Made by a program: the position numbers and the translations under genes | The notes under the pieces: generated by a model | Databases searched by the model: none | Seen by the model: the letters and a program-made list of their open reading frames with translations, nothing else | Told to the model about the DNA's origin: nothing | Part shown: piece after piece, positions 47,070 through 61,816 of the stretch | Layout: each line of letters opens with the position of its first letter | Position numbering within the stretch: the stretch's first letter is position 1 | Assembly: GCA_964016885.1 (NCBI GenBank) | Contig: OZ024743.1 | Location: 152,582,001 to 152,646,000 of the forward strand | Length of the DNA: 64,000 nt | Source: Eledone cirrhosa | Lineage: Eukaryota | Reading direction: 5' to 3'

Positions 47070-50000
47070 TGGAGGAAGAATAAGGAATGGGACAAGAAAT
47101 AACTGGATGAAATTACTGAATAAAACTCTCACGGAATGTTACCTGAGAGTGATCCCATGAAAAAAGGTTATAGGAAATGGATGCATAACATCTGGAACAA
47201 GATTGGTCTATTTAAATTAGGTGAACAAAAATTGGCAGATCAGGCTCATGTAATAAGAACTAATGGATGGATAAGTGAGTTGGAAATGGAGGAACTGAGC
47301 AGAAAGATTGAGTTAGAAATGAAGAGTGGGATATATCAGGCAAATGAGCCAGTGGGAAATGAGGGTGAAGAAGTTGAGAGACCTGAGGAAGCAACCAAAG
47401 CAGACAATGACCTGAATGCTGAAATAGATAACATCTGGACCAAAGATACAGCTAGGTCAAGCTAGGGCAAGATTTTGTTGATATTCTGAACTTAGTGGTA
47501 GATGAAATGAACAATGATAGTGGAAAGCCTATGAACCTAAGATATTTAGACAGGAAAAAGTTAAAAGCAATGACAGCTAGGGTAAACAGGGCCATCCCAT
47601 ACCTTGAGGCAAAGAACCTTTACCAATGCAACAACATCCTCAAAGCAACAGCAAATATAGTAAAAAATTACTTGGTATATAAACGAGAGGAAACAACAAA
47701 CAAGAAAGGACAGAGCCTTAATGGAAGAGGTGACTGAAAGGTCAAATCAAGGAAATGAGAAAAGACATTGGAAGGCTTGAGTCTTTACTAAACGAGACAT
47801 TACAAAACATAGACACTAAAGATAGATTGAAAATAAAATACAAAACTAAGGGAAAAGAGTTAAATGTTGTCAAAGAGGAACTGAAGCAACGCATTGTAGC
47901 AAAGAGTGCAAAGATTAGGTGGTATGAGAGCAGAGTCAGTCAGTATAGACAGAACCGCATGTTTGACAACAACCAGAAGATGTTATTTGATCAGCTTGAA
48001 GGGAAAGAAAGGGGTAACGACATGATCCCTGAAGCTGAACAAGCTAAGGCATTTTGGAGAGGATTATGGGAGCAGGATGTTGAACATAATAGTCAGGCAG
48101 TGTGGATTGAGACAGTTAAAAAGGAGATTAATGAACAAGCACACCAACAACCTGATCTGAGTATCACGGTTGAAACTCTTAAAAAGCAGGCCAATAAACT
48201 AACCAACTGGAAATCACCAGGCCCAGATGGTGTGCAAGGATATTGGACAAAAAATATAACATCCATCCACCCAAAACTGACAGCCCTGTTCAATGACTAC
48301 TTGGTGTCAGGTGAAGTACCAGAGTGGTTGACAAAAGGTACCACAGTTCTGGTAATGAAAGACTGAATCAAGGGTAACGAGGTTACCAACTATAGGCCTA
48401 TCACATGTCTGTCAGTAATGTGAAAACTGCTAACAAGCATTGTGTCTGAGGAAATCTACTATCACCTCCACATAAACAACTTATTGCCGAACAAACAGAA
48501 ACAATACTGAAAGAAGTCCTGTGGTACAAAAGACCAATTACTTATTGACAAGATGGTAATAAGGAATTGCAAGAGGAGGCATACTGGTCTTGCCATGGGA
48601 TGGATAGACTACCAGAAGGCATTGGATATGGTTCCTCATTCTTGGATAACCAAAAGCCTAGAGATGTTCAAGGTCGCAGACAACATCAGACAGCTATTAA
48701 GTAAAAGTATGAAGTCCTGGGAGACAGAGTTAACATCAAGTGGAGAATCCTTAGGAGGAGTGAAGATCATAAGAGGTATCTTCCAAGGAGATAGTTTGCC
48801 CCCTCTGCTGTTTATCCTCATGCTCATACCCTTGTCCCTCATATTGTGAAAAGTAAAAGCAGGATACAAGCTGGGAAAAGGAGAGCTTACCATCAACCAC
48901 CACCCCTTCATGGAAGATCTAAAACTCTTTGGGAAAAGCGAGAAGGAGTCAGATGTACTTGTTAACACTGTCTATATTTTCAGCAATGATATATGTATGG
49001 AATTTGGTGTTAATAAGTATGGAGTCCTAGAGATGAAGAGGGGTAAATTCAACAGGAACAGAATCCAGGTACCAACAGGTGAGATGATAAAAGAAATCTA
49101 CATTGAATAGCGATACAAATATTTGGGTGTTCTGGAGACAGATGACATCAAGAACAATAAAATGAAGAAATTGATAATATCTGAATACATAAGGAGAGTA
49201 AGGAACATACGAAAATCACCTCTAAATAGTAAGAATGCCATAAGTGCAGTAAATTCCCGAGCTGTGTCTATTATTAGGTACAGTGCAGGAATTCTCAAAT
49301 GGAATGTTACTAAACAAAAAGAAATGGATACAAAGAAAGCTAATGACTACCCACAGCATGTTCCACAAGAGGAGTGATGTTGATAGACTCTAATTAAGGA
49401 GATCTGAAGGTGGAAGAGGTCTTATCTGTGTGGGGGACTGTGTTTGGATGGAGAAGTGCAGTCTGCATAAATATGTGTCTGAGAGTAGGGTACCGATGCT
49501 CAAAGTTGTACTGAATGAGAAGACAATAGACCAGGCGATGTCCAAGGAGGAAGCAACCTTAATGAAAAATCCCTCATAGCACCTTTTTTAAGAAAACGAA
49601 ATTCAGTGATCCATAGACATGGAGATGTTTAAAAACAGGAGACCTTAAGAAGGAAAGCTACAGAAAGAATGGCTGCACAGGAGTAGGCTCTCAGAACGAA
49701 GTGGGTAAAACACCATATTGACAAGAGCCTAGCTCACACTGTAGGATCTGTGGAGAGAGAGAGAGGAGACTGTTGCTCACATTGTAACCGAATGTAAACA
49801 CCTAGCCCAGACTCACTATAAAGGCTGGAGACATGATGTGATAGGCAGGGTGATCCACTAGCATCTATGCAAAGTAAACAATTTACCACATTCTGAGAAG
49901 TGGTATGAGCATAAGCCAAAGTCGGTGATAGAAAACGATCAGGTGAAGGTGCTATGGGATTTTAGGATACAGACAGACAAGTAATTAGAACACAATAGGC

Positions 50001-50383
50001 CTGACTTGGTGGTTTTGGACAAGGAAAAAGATTGTGCCTGATTGTAGATGTAGCCTGCCCATTTCACACGAGAGTGCAAGAAAAGGAGAGGGAGAAAATT
50101 AACTGATACCAGGACTTAAAGTGGGAGGTAAAAAGGATTTGGAACTGCCATGAAATCAAGGTCGTCCCGATTGTCATAGACGTACTAGGTACTATCTCAA
50201 AGAGTTTTCAAGGATGGTTAAAGAACATTAGACCAGCCCCGCTTCTTGGAACACTTCAAAAGGCAGCCTTGCTTGGAACAGCAAGAACACTCCGATAAAT
50301 CCTGAATATCTGAGGCTGCAGGTAGGGCTTAATGTTCATTTGGACAAATTTTCCAGTTAAATAACATCAATAACTGAGACTCC
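47070..50383 (+). mobile_element. Dong/R4 family B, older copy covering nearly the whole ORF
   Basis: Colinear with 21750-25120 with many stops. Ends ctgagactcc followed by (AAT)n. Confidence 0.92.
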
Positions 50384-50421
50384 AATAATAATAATAATAA
50401 TAATAATAATGATAATAATAA

Positions 50422-50889
50422 TGGGGAGGGTAAAGTCGATTAAATCGACGCCATTATGTTACTGGTGCTTTATTTTATCGACCCCGTAAGGATGAAAGGC
50501 AAAGTTAACGTCAACAGGATTTGAACTCATACCGTAAAGAGCCGTAACACAATGCTGCAAAGCATGGCATCCAACCCTCTACCGATATTGCCAATCCACC
50601 ACCATAATAATAATAATAATAAATATAATAATAATTGTTTCTACTTTTTGTACTTTATTAAATATAATGGTACTGGTACTTTAATAAATATACTAATAAT
50701 AATTGTTTCTACTTTTGGCACAAGGCCAGCAATTACCCAGTGCATTACTGGTACTTTATTTTATCGACATCGTAAGGGTGAAAGGCAAAGTCAACCTCGG
50801 CGGGATTTGAACTCAGATCGTAAAGGGACGTAACTATGCTGGAAAGTATGGCGTCCGACCCTCTACCGATACTGCCAATCCACCACCCT
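50422..50889 (-). mobile_element. SINE cluster (50422-50603, a tail remnant near 50635-50685, and 50703-50889) in (TAA)n
   Basis: Reverse-complement A/B boxes, body and tail. Confidence 0.88.
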
Positions 50890-50904
50890 ATAATAATAAT
50901 AATA

Positions 50905-51395
50905 AAGACAAGACATCATTGTAAAAGATCAACATAACAAGGTCTGTTTATTGATAGATATGAGCATCCCATGTGTTCACAATATCGCGGCAAAAGAATT
51001 TGACAAGCTACGAAAATATAAAGATCTGCTATTGAAATTGAGAAAATGTGGCACCTCAAGGCCGTTACAATACCAGTGATTGTGGGAGGACTGGGAATCA
51101 TCAAGAAAGGAACAGAACAGTATTTGCAAATGATTCCTGGTTTACACTCTCTGCAAAAGGTGCCGCACACGTATTGAGAAGAGAACTATCTCTGTGAGAA
51201 TGATATCCCTCCTTGTGTAGATGTGTGTGTGTAAGTAGAGCACTATCTTTGTAAGAATGATAAGTTGTAAATTATATTCAATGTGGTGTGTTAACTGGCT
51301 TACCAATATATACAGTGAATTTATTTGCCCTAGGTGCCAGGAAGACACTCCGCATATATCAGAAACAATACTGAAGGAAAAGGAAAAACAATAAA
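50905..51395 (+). mobile_element. Dong/R4 family D, RLE 3' fragment and probable 3' UTR
   Basis: LLIDMSIP..KEFDKLRKYKDL..EIEKMWHLKAVTIPVIVGGLG-type translation. Confidence 0.72.
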
Positions 51396-51409
51396 AATAG
51401 TAGTAATAA

Positions 51410-53082
51410 TTCTAACTGAATATACATATGATCACTTGATAACAAATAATCTATTTTCCAATGAGCAGAAAGGATGTATACAAGGCTCATATGGCTGTAA
51501 GGATCAGCTTTTGATTAACAATATGATTCTGGAAGATTGTCACAATAGACACAAAAATCTATCAATTGCTTGGATAGATTACAAAAAAGCATTTGATAGT
51601 TTGCCACACTGTTGGATTGAAAAGTGTTTAGAGATTTTCAAACTATCTCCTGTTGTCAGGCGCTTTTTGTCATTCAGTATGAAAGCATGGAAAACAACAC
51701 TCATTTTGAACAGTGAAAAATAATCACTGGAAGCTGGAGAAGTTAATATTAATTGTTGAATTTTTCAGTGTAACTCTTTATCACCGCTTTCATTCTGCAT
51801 TGCACTTATACCATTAAGTAAAATGCTCAATAAAACAAAACATGGATATAAAGTCTATGACAAAACCCTTAATCACTTGTTCTAGATGGATGACCTGAAG
51901 CTATTTTCAAAAAAGGATGAGCAATTGCAAGGGCTATTATCCATTGTGAAGATTTTCAGTGATGATATTAAAATGGAGTTTGAACTAAATAAATGCACCA
52001 AAGCCAAGTTCATCAGAGGAAAGCTGCTTGGAAGTTCAGACATTAATCTTGATCAGGGGAATGTGATAAGAGAACTTGATCAAGAAAAAATTTATAAATA
52101 TCTAGGTGTTTGTGATGGAGATGCAATCAAGCACTCAACATTGTCAACAACTGGTCAATCACAGAGATGCGTAGGCTTGATATACAAAATTAGAAAGTTC
52201 TTAACCATGCACAGAATGTATCACTCTAAGGCAGATACAGCTAGAATATATCTCCCTAGGAAAGAAAGAGGACGTGGATTAATCCAGTTAGATATTGCTT
52301 TGAAAACTGCAACAATTGGATTATCTACATATCTAAGGGAGGCATATGATTGATTAGATGATCAAACCCGTTTTGAAACACGAAAGCATCAAAAGACTCC
52401 ATTACAAAATATGCACTTAGATTCAATGATGAACTACAAATTTCAAAAGTTCCCTTTAATGCTGAAATAAAGAATACAGAAAAAGCAAAGCAGGTAAAAG
52501 TAACTGCAAAGAAAGAACTACTAAAGAAACTGGCTAAGAAATGGCAAGGAAAGCTGCTGTATGGAAAATACCCAGAAAGGGCTAACAATCCTGATGTTGA
52601 CAAAACTTTAACCCATCAGTGGTTGACATCCTCTGGACTGAAATTGGAGATTGAAGGGCTGATTATATCAGCACAAGATTAGTGTCTGCCAACAAAAAAT
52701 GATCAAGCCAACGTCATAAAAATTGGATGCCACCCATTATGCCGTGTATGTAAAAAACAACCAGAAACCATTGATCATATAATTTCAATGTGCATTTCTA
52801 AACAGGCAAAACAGAGTGGCACAATACATACATTGGGTAATGTGAAAACATTTTGACCTGCCCCATTAAAAGAATTGGTGGGAGATCAACCACCACCCAT
52901 ACTTGAAAAAGGTCACATCTCAATTTTGTGGAACTCTAGTGTCTGAACAGACCAAAAAAATAGATGCAAATAGATCTGATATAATACTGAAGAACTTTAA
53001 AAAGAGGGTACTTCCTACTTCCCATAGACAAGAAAGTATCTACAAAAACATTTGAAAAATTGAGCAAATATAAAGACCTGGT
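51410..53082 (+). mobile_element. Dong/R4 family A, older internal copy
   Basis: Colinear with 8752-10585 with stops and deletions. No 3' UTR. Confidence 0.9.
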
Positions 53083-53724
53083 ATAGTATACTGTCTTACC
53101 TTCTCGAATAAAAAGTATACACATCCAGGGACTTTGAATAATGACCTTTGGTCTTTCACACTCACTCAATATATATATATCTACGAGTGTGTGTATGTGT
53201 ATACATGTAAATGTGTATATATAGATTTATATTAATAAAAGAAATTCCAACTTTGTCTGATTTACTTGTTTTATTTACAATCCTTTAAAATTATAATAAT
53301 ATTATAATGAAATAGTATGGTAGAATATTAAATGTTAAATGTTAATTGAATAAGTACTTTCATGCTTTCGCAATCTTCAGGTTCATATTCAGTGGTGACA
53401 GTCAAGTTTGCAATTTTCAACTGTAATGAGATGGCTAAAATCTGTGCCTTATATACAGTAAAAAGGGCTACAGAATGCTAAGTTTTGCAAACTGTATTTT
53501 GACCAATCGGTGTGTGGTTTCACTAGATTACTAAAGCTGATTCGTTTAGGCATCACGGTTGGTTGAGCATGTCTAACGACTTCTATTTGACCCTATCCAA
53601 AGCATCAATTGTTTTGCTATTTTTAGAAATTATGAAAATAGCATTTTCTAGGGTTTTTATAAAAAATCTTCAGTAATCATCAACATCAACATCACTTTTA
53701 TTATTATTATTATTATTGTTGTAT

Positions 53725-53914
53725 AGGGCGGTGGATTGGCAGTATCGGTAGAGAGTTGGACGCCATGCTTTGCAGCAAAGAGTTACGGCCCTTGCCATTC
53801 TGAGTTCAAATCCCGCCGAGGTTAACTTTGCCTTTCATCCTTACGGGGTCGACAAAATAAAGTACCAGTAATACACTGAGATAATTGCTGGCCTTGTGCC
53901 AAAAGTAGAAACAA
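53725..53914 (+). mobile_element. Full-length tRNA-derived SINE in (ATT)n
   Basis: A box, B box, body and ggccttgtgccaaaagtagaaac tail. Confidence 0.92.
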
Positions 53915-54132
53915 TTATTATTGTTGTTGTTGTTAGTGGTGGTAGTTGACATGGTCCTAGGTGTAATGTGTACATACATGTTTTCAACTTGTACAAACAT
54001 TATTTGACTCATTCTTCCTAGGGTCTTTAGACTGAAAAACTGACCACTAATTGATTTTACATATGTCTTTAACCCATTGATAACAAAAATTGCAGCTCGT
54101 GTGTATGTATAAGTGTATATATATATATATAT

Positions 54133-55575
54133 TCAAGCATGTTTTGCAACGTGAGGACCAGAAACAAGAGGTGTTCAAGATTGCGAGGCAGTGTGTCAGA
54201 GAGAATTGTGATGTCATTGGAGAGAAGTGTATCTAGAATGATAAAGGTGAGTTTGCCCTCACAAGTGCTGAGAAGAAAGATGCATGGAAGAGTCATTATG
54301 ATAGATTACTAAATGAGGAGAATGCATGGGAAGAAGAGACCCTACCCCAAGTAGACCCTATAGAGGGGCTAGCAGTACAATTCAGCAGCAGCTGTAATCT
54401 GGTGGGCTCTTAGAAAACTAGGAGTAGATGAATGGCTTGTGAAAGCTGTACAAGCCATGTATAGGGGAGCAGTCAGCAAAGTTAGGATTAGCAATGCGTA
54501 TAGCGAGGAATTTAGCGTACAGGTTGGGGTCCACCAGGGCTCTGTTCTTAGCCCTCTCCTGTTCATCATAGTCCTGCAGGCAATAACGGAGGAGTTTAAG
54601 ACCGGATGCCCATGGGAACTCCTGTATGCTGATGACCTCGCACTTATAGCTGAATCTATGGTAGAACTAGAGAAGAAATTTCAAACTTGGAAGCAGGGAC
54701 TAGAAAGAAAGGGTCTCAAAGTCAACATGACAAAGACTAAGGCCCTTGTAAGTAGACGAGAAAACAGAACACCCAGATCCCCTCAGGGAAATGGCCTTGC
54801 TCAGTATGTAGGAAAGGTGTAGGTAGGAACTCCATTCTCTGCCCAAAATGCAAACAATGGCTACACAAGAGATGTAGCGGGATCTCAGGAAGCTTAATTA
54901 AGAATGTAGGCTTCACATGCAGCAGCTGTACTGGGACAGCAAGCAGCAAACAGCCACAGGAAACAAGTACCACCAATCTCTGGGAGGGCTCTGTAGAGGC
55001 AGTAGACAGCTTCTGCTACCTAGGTGACCAAATTAGCAGCGGAGGTGGGTGTTCAGAAAGTGATGCGTATGATGAAGGATGACAGTTGCATAAAAAGGTG
55101 CAGAGCACTAGAAGTCGATGGAAACCGCGGAGTGGGGAGACCCAAGATGACCTGGGATGAGGTGATAAAAGCCGATCTTACCCAATTACACCTCTCAAAA
55201 GGCGATGACACAAGACCGTGACCACTGGCGTCACGCAGTAATACAGAGTACCCGACCTCCCATGGGTACAAGCTGAAGCATATAGACAATATGCCCCCAC
55301 ACCCTCCCTCTGCAAAGTGGTCGTGGAGGTGCCACGGCAAAAAAGCACCCAGCCCACACTGTAAAGTGGATGTGTAGGCGCCACGAAAAAGCACCCAGCA
55401 CTGTAAATGAGGTTGGTGTTAGGAAGGGCATCCAGCTGTAGAAATCAAGCCAAATCAGTTCCTGTATGAGCAAGGCATGGTCAGCCGACCAGACACTGCC
55501 TACAACAGGACAACCCATCTAACCCATGCTAGCGTGGAAGAACGGACGTAAAACGGTGATGATGTTGATGATGAT
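54133..55575 (+). mobile_element. RTE-clade LINE (related family), 5'-truncated with two large internal deletions
   Basis: GVHQGSVLSPLLF, LLYADD, PHD-like finger, GRPKMTW, 3' subrepeats and (GAT)n tail. Confidence 0.9.
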
Positions 55576-55876
55576 ATATATATACATATTTATATATACA
55601 TGTGTATGTGTGTCCATGAATAAATACAGTAAGCCAGTGACTCTTACTGTTAGCACTCTCATATATTTTGGTTTCTATTAATTCCCTAGGGAATTGTTTG
55701 ACCAAATGCTTTACTTCTTTGTTTATTTATTTAAAAAAAACATTTTATTTTTTCTCTGAGACGTTTTTTAAAAGATATTTTTTGGAAGAAAAGCATTGGC
55801 CTGTAAATTACTATAGTGGGTTCCTGAAATGCTACTGTCGGCCCACTTGCCATTAGGCAACCTGGCTAGTCCCCCA

Positions 55877-55918
<42 letters not shown>

Positions 55919-56109
55919 TGAGTAAAATGACAAGAGGCTGGCCTGGTGAAATTCCTTCAAAGATTTATTTCAGCAAACAACATGTACATTTTAGTGGCCA
56001 GGTTCTGTAAGATCCTGGTGACATCATCAGGTGTGTATTGCACAATAGTTATATGCTAAAGGATAATGGTAAACACAATCCAAGAGAAGGAGAGAAAGCA
56101 AAGAAAAAA

Positions 56110-56210
56110 ATCAAGTATAAAGACCTAGAGATAGAAATTGGAAAAATGTGGAAGTTGAGAACTAAAACAATACCAGTGGTTGTAGATGCTCTAGGAATGA
56201 TACCTAAGGT
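56110..56210 (+). mobile_element. Dong-A RLE micro-fragment
   Basis: KYKDLEIEIGKMWKLRTKTIPVVV. Confidence 0.8.
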
Positions 56211-56492
56211 ATAAAATCAAAAAGACACAAATGGACAACAGAGGAATATGCTTCAATCATACACATGCACTTTACGGCAACATTATACCCTAAAAACGAA
56301 AATACAACAACACACATAAAATCTGGCAAAAAAAAAACAACCTGCATTTTGAGTTAATACTTGGCCCTAATAAACTAACGACTTTAAGGAGATACATATT
56401 AAAAACAAAAACCAAAAATATCAGACACTGAAATCGAAGATCTAAAAAAACATTCATACTGCAAACACAAATAATGATAACAATAATTAATG

Positions 56493-56832
56493 GAGGCATA
56501 TGGCTTAGTGGTTAGAGCATTGGGCTTGCAATCAAAAGGTTGTGAGTTCAATTCTCAGACCGGGTGATGTGTTGTTTTCTTGAGCAAGACACTTTATTTC
56601 ACATTGCTCCAGTTTACTCAGCTGTAGAAATGAGATGATAGGACTGGGGTCCCTATCAATCCACTGCAAAGTGGTCGTGGAGGTGCCACGGCAAAAAAGT
56701 ACCCAGCACTCACTGTAAATGAGGTTGGTGTTAGGAAGGGCATCCAGCTGTAGAAATCAAGCCAGAATCAGTTCCCGTCCCACCCTTGCAAGCAGGGAAA
56801 AGTGGACGTAAAATAATGATGATGATGATGAT
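56493..56832 (+). mobile_element. CORE-like tRNA SINE (56493-56640) followed by an RTE-type 3' tail (56660-56832)
   Basis: tggcttagtggttagagc A box, gagttcaattc B box, ttgagcaagacacttta; then aggaagggcatccagc..ggacgtaaaa(tga)n. Confidence 0.7.
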
Positions 56833-56839
56833 GAAACAT

Positions 56840-59290
56840 TCAGAGAATTTAAAGCGTGATATCAAACTCGGCATACCCCAAATAGATAAAATTAAAAGAA
56901 GTGGAAGAGTTCTGGAGAAGAATATGGGCAGAAGGGGAAAAGAAATTACCATTTACAAAGCTAGCAAACACATCAGACGAACAACTATGAGAGGATATTA
57001 TAACAGATGATGTGTCTATCACACTGAGAGGGACAAGCAACTGGAAGGCACCAGGACATGACAAGATCCCCAACTTCTGGTTAAAATATTTAACAGGGAC
57101 ACATGTAATGCTGTCAATGTAATTTAACAAAATTCTGATAGAACCAGAAAAAACACCTGACTGGCCCATTAAGGGGACAACGACCCTGATCTAAAAAAAT
57201 CACAGACCCGTAACATGCTTGTCTACTACATACAAAACCTTAACTTCAATACTATCACAGAAAATAACCAAACACCTGGGAAAAAAATAACCTGTTCCCA
57301 GAAGAACAGAAAGGATGCCGCAGAGGATATGGATGCAAAGACCAAGTTATTAATAAATAAAACCATAACTGAAAACTACAGCAGAAACAAAAAAAAACCC
57401 CCCAAAACCTCAGCATGTCTTGGATTGATTACCAAAAAGCATTTGACAGTGTTCCCTATACATGGATACTCAACAGACTAGCCATGAATAGGGTATCTGC
57501 AAAAATAACAACATTTATCAAACATGCTATGAGTAAATGGCAAACAATTTTGCTGATACAAACAAAAGATAAAACAATAAAAACAGAGCCTATCCCAATC
57601 AAGAGAGGAATATTCCAAGGAACTCCCTATTACCACTCCTTTTCTGTCTAGCATTAACGCCACTATCTGAAACAGTAAACAGAACTGGGCTTGGGTATAA
57701 ATGTTACTAAGGGAAAATTAACCATCTCCTATATATGGATGATCTATGGCTGTATGCTACAAATGAAAAACAACTCCAAACACTGCTCCAAACTGTACTC
57801 GGATTTACAAAAGAAATTAGGTATGAAATTTGGATTAGAAAAATGTGCTATGGCAACTCTGAAGAAAGGGAAACTAGTGAAAAGCAATAATATCATTTTA
57901 GATAAAGAAACAGAAATAAGAGAACTAGATCAGACTCAGACATACAAATACTTAGGAATCAACAGACTAAATACGATTCAACACACACAGATGAAAAAAA
58001 AAAGATTAGAAAAGAATATTACAGACGAATAAGGTTAATACACAAAACTGAACTAAATGCAAAGAATAGGGTGATTGGCATGAACACTTTAGCAGTCCCA
58101 ATAATGAGCTACAGCTTTAACATTTTGAACTGGACACTAAAAGAACTATCTGGAATAGATAGAAAAACAAGAAAAACAATGACCGAATTTAGAATACATC
58201 ATCCAAAATAACACGTAGAAAGATTATACCTGCCAAGAACACAAGGAGGAAGGGGTCTTATGCAACTAGAAAACTCTTATAAAATAACTACTGTAGGACT
58301 ACAAAAATACCTAATAAAAAACAAAAGAAAGCTAATACAAATAGCCATGAAACATGAACAAAACAAAAAACTGTTCTCGGTCTTCAAGGAAGCCAAAAAA
58401 TTCAAATCAGAAACTGTGCTATCAGATAATTGTGAGGAAAATGAAAGCAAAGGAAAAACAACAATAGATATTGTGAAAGACATAAAATTTAGATGAAAAT
58501 TGACATCCAGAATGCCATGTTAAAACGATAGCAAGCTAATAGAAAGGAAGAAGAGAAAGGAAACACACAAAACTGGCTCTGAGACAGAAGGATTTCTAAT
58601 TGCAGCACAGAACCAGAGTCTACCTACCAGAAACTACCAGAAGTACATAATGAAACAAAACACTATAAGTAACTGTAGAATATGTGGAGATAGGGAAGAA
58701 ACAATCAACCACATAGTCTCTCTGGAGGCCCAGCACTATCCAAAAAAGAATATATCCACAGGCATGATAGAGTTAGGACCTTCATACACTGGAAATTATG
58801 CTAGCATTATGAAATACCAACAGAAAAAATGGTATAAACACATACCAGAAGATTAATGACAAAACAACCATTTTCTGGGATATGCCAATTCATACAGACA
58901 GGGAGATCAAGGCCAACTGACCAGTCAAAGACTACAAAGAAAATAAAGAAAATAATGCCTTCTAATAGATGTATCTATTCCACAGATAACAATATATCTT
59001 CCAAGGAAATAAAGAAACTCTCAAAATATAAGGATCTGGAGATAGAAATAACTTGAATGTGGAAAATAAAAACAGAAACAATACCTATAATAATAGGTGC
59101 TCTAGGAATGATAAAAAAACACACAGACAAATACATTGCGAAAACCCCAGGACTTACAAATATATGCAGCATACAAAAAATAGCACTGCACACATATTAC
59201 AAAAGGTACTATCAATACAATAGAAGCAACATCAGCAAAAACTACACTGCTCATACCCAAGGTGCATGGAGCTGTGGTCAGTAAAGTAGT
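56840..59290 (+). mobile_element. Dong/R4 family C, degraded
   Basis: NWKAPGHD, WIDYQKAFDSV, KRGIFQG, CRICGDREETINH, KYKDLEIEI. Followed by degenerate (TAA)n. Confidence 0.88.
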
Positions 59291-59512
59291 AATGATGCGC
59301 AATAAAAATAATAATGGAAATAATAATAATAATTATATATTTATATATATATATATATATATATACTCTATTTATGATTATTGTAACAAGTTACTAAAAT
59401 GGTTGGTGTCAAGAAGGGCATCCAGCTGTGAAACTTTGCCTCAAAATATCCTGTCCAAGCATGAAAAGGTTTTTTATAAAGGTGATGATAATGATGATAT
59501 TTATATATATAC

Positions 59513-59553
<41 letters not shown>

Positions 59554-60426
59554 AGATGTGAGAGAGATAGAGAAAGGGATTATACAAATATATATTTAAA
59601 TGTAAGTATGTATGTATACGTACATACATACATGTATACAGACGTACAGTAGCATGCATATATATATATATATATATACATACAGGTACACATACATATA
59701 TGCACGTATCAGTTTAGCGGATGCTTATTATAACGCTGCTTTGTTCGTTTGTAAACAAACTGAACAGCCTGAATCTATGCCGTACGGTGTTAAGGCAACC
59801 ACGTCGCCTTTTTGTTCAACACTGACACATACTTACATTTAAGTAAGTGCCGTACTAAGAGTGAGAAATGAAATTTCGTTTTCATTTTATTTCAACAAAT
59901 ATATATTTATATATCAAATCTCTTGTGATGAGACTTTCAGTGTTAAGTGTTTTTAAACAAATTGAAACAAGATGAAACAATAAATGATGTTAACTTCAGC
60001 TGGAATCTTGTTTTTAACTGTTTAGCTCTGTAGGTCATTACTTAACAATCTCTACTGGAGACCAAGTGTGTTTCCATGGCCAAAGTTTATCATGCTATAC
60101 AATTTCTATTGAAATTATTATTCCTTACAAGCTATCAGATGGCTATCAATTGTTAATATTCATTAAATGCTTCTTCCTCCTGTCATATCTATTTTACTTT
60201 TCAATGGCTGTAAAGGAAGAGATAAATTAGTTGTTTTTAAAGGTGATGCTTGCTTGCTCTTGTGGCTTGTCTGGTAAAGGTGAGAACAGAACAGAGGGTA
60301 TAGAGTGTGGTAGGTTCTATCGTAAATGTTTCTCAATGTCTCATATTGGTAATTTATCACATAAGATTGTTAACACATCTGTCATAACAATTTTGACATT
60401 CTTGATGTTTTTGTTAATGTGATTAT

Positions 60427-60522
60427 TTCTTCTTCTTCTTCTTCTTCTTCTTCTTCTTCTTCTTCTTCTTCTTCTTCTTCTTCTTCTTCTTCTTCTTCTT
60501 CTTCTTCTTCTTCTTCTTCTTC
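60427..60522. repeat. (CTT)n microsatellite, ~32 units
   Basis: Direct reading. Confidence 0.97.
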
Positions 60523-61121
60523 AATCTCTCTCTCTCTCTTGTTTTTTTTCCTTATCAACTAGTTGTTATTCATGCTTGCCTCAAGCACAAAAATTAGCGC
60601 CACTATACCCTCCAACATCATCATTCCAACCTCAATCATTACCCATCATCTGTTGCCACCACCACCCATTTATTCTACTATCCATGGATATTCATTGCCA
60701 TTACCATCATGCTACTGCCACCTTTTTGGGGGTAATTGTATGATGCAGATGTGAAACAAATAGAACTTCACAATTTCTTCAGATTTGCTATCTCCATAAA
60801 CTTTTTTATGGGTGAGCTTCATAATCTCCCAGATTTAACTAGGTTCTCTGAATTCAGAGTTGTTCAATAGCTTTTTCATAGGTTCAGATATTATCTATAT
60901 TCTTAACAACCCTTAGCATATTTTTCTTCATTCTCATTGTCTATTCACTCAACAGCTTCTCATATCAGAAGGCATCCGTTTGAATAGTTTACAGTACTTG
61001 AACCTTGTAAAGAATGTAGTAATTTTTTTATATTCATGCTAATTCCTTTACAATTGTATTCCATTTCTATACTACTATTGCAGATCTTCCTGCCCTGATT
61101 TCAATAATAAAAAAAGTATTG

Positions 61122-61330
61122 AGGGCAGTGAATTGGTAGAATAATTAGGGCATTGGAAAAAATGCTTTGCAGCATTTAGTTAAGGGTCTTCATATTCTTG
61201 AGTACAAATTCTACTGAGGCAAACTTTATCATTCACCCTTCCAAGATCAATAAAGTAAATTACCAGTTAAGTACTGAAGTCAATTTAATCAACTTCTCTT
61301 ATCCCAAAATTGCTGGGTTTGTGAAAGCCA
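61122..61330 (+). mobile_element. Old, diverged long-subfamily SINE
   Basis: agggcagtgaattggtag..gagtacaaattc..aaattgctgggtttgtg. Confidence 0.65.
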
Positions 61331-61816
61331 ATAAAATACAGCATTACTTTTAAACCTTTCATGGCTGTATTTATAATGAAATATGCTTTATTTCAATTAA
61401 TCAATGAAGAAATTTGAGGGATTTACTAAAATTATTAATTATTTCGTTATTATGATAGTAACTTAACATAATGTTCTTATATAAAATTATGTTGGCATAC
61501 TTTAATTTAAATTGGAACCGTTTAAGATCAATGGATTTGTTTCATAAGGCCTGAAGCAATTTTGACTGGGTTGGTAATGAAAGGGTTAAAATCTAATTCA
61601 TGGAAGCTTCTATATCAGAAATGGGTAACCTACACTTGTGGATGAAATTTCCCTCACTTTCAAATTCAAAACTGTCTGCTGGCAAAATCACAAAACATCA
61701 ATGTACAAATATAAATTTAGTTTAAACCTTAAGACACAAATACGATTTTAATATAAGTTGCATACCTATGAATTCAATAAATTAAAAATTTGTATTGGTG
61801 TTCTGACATAACAGTA

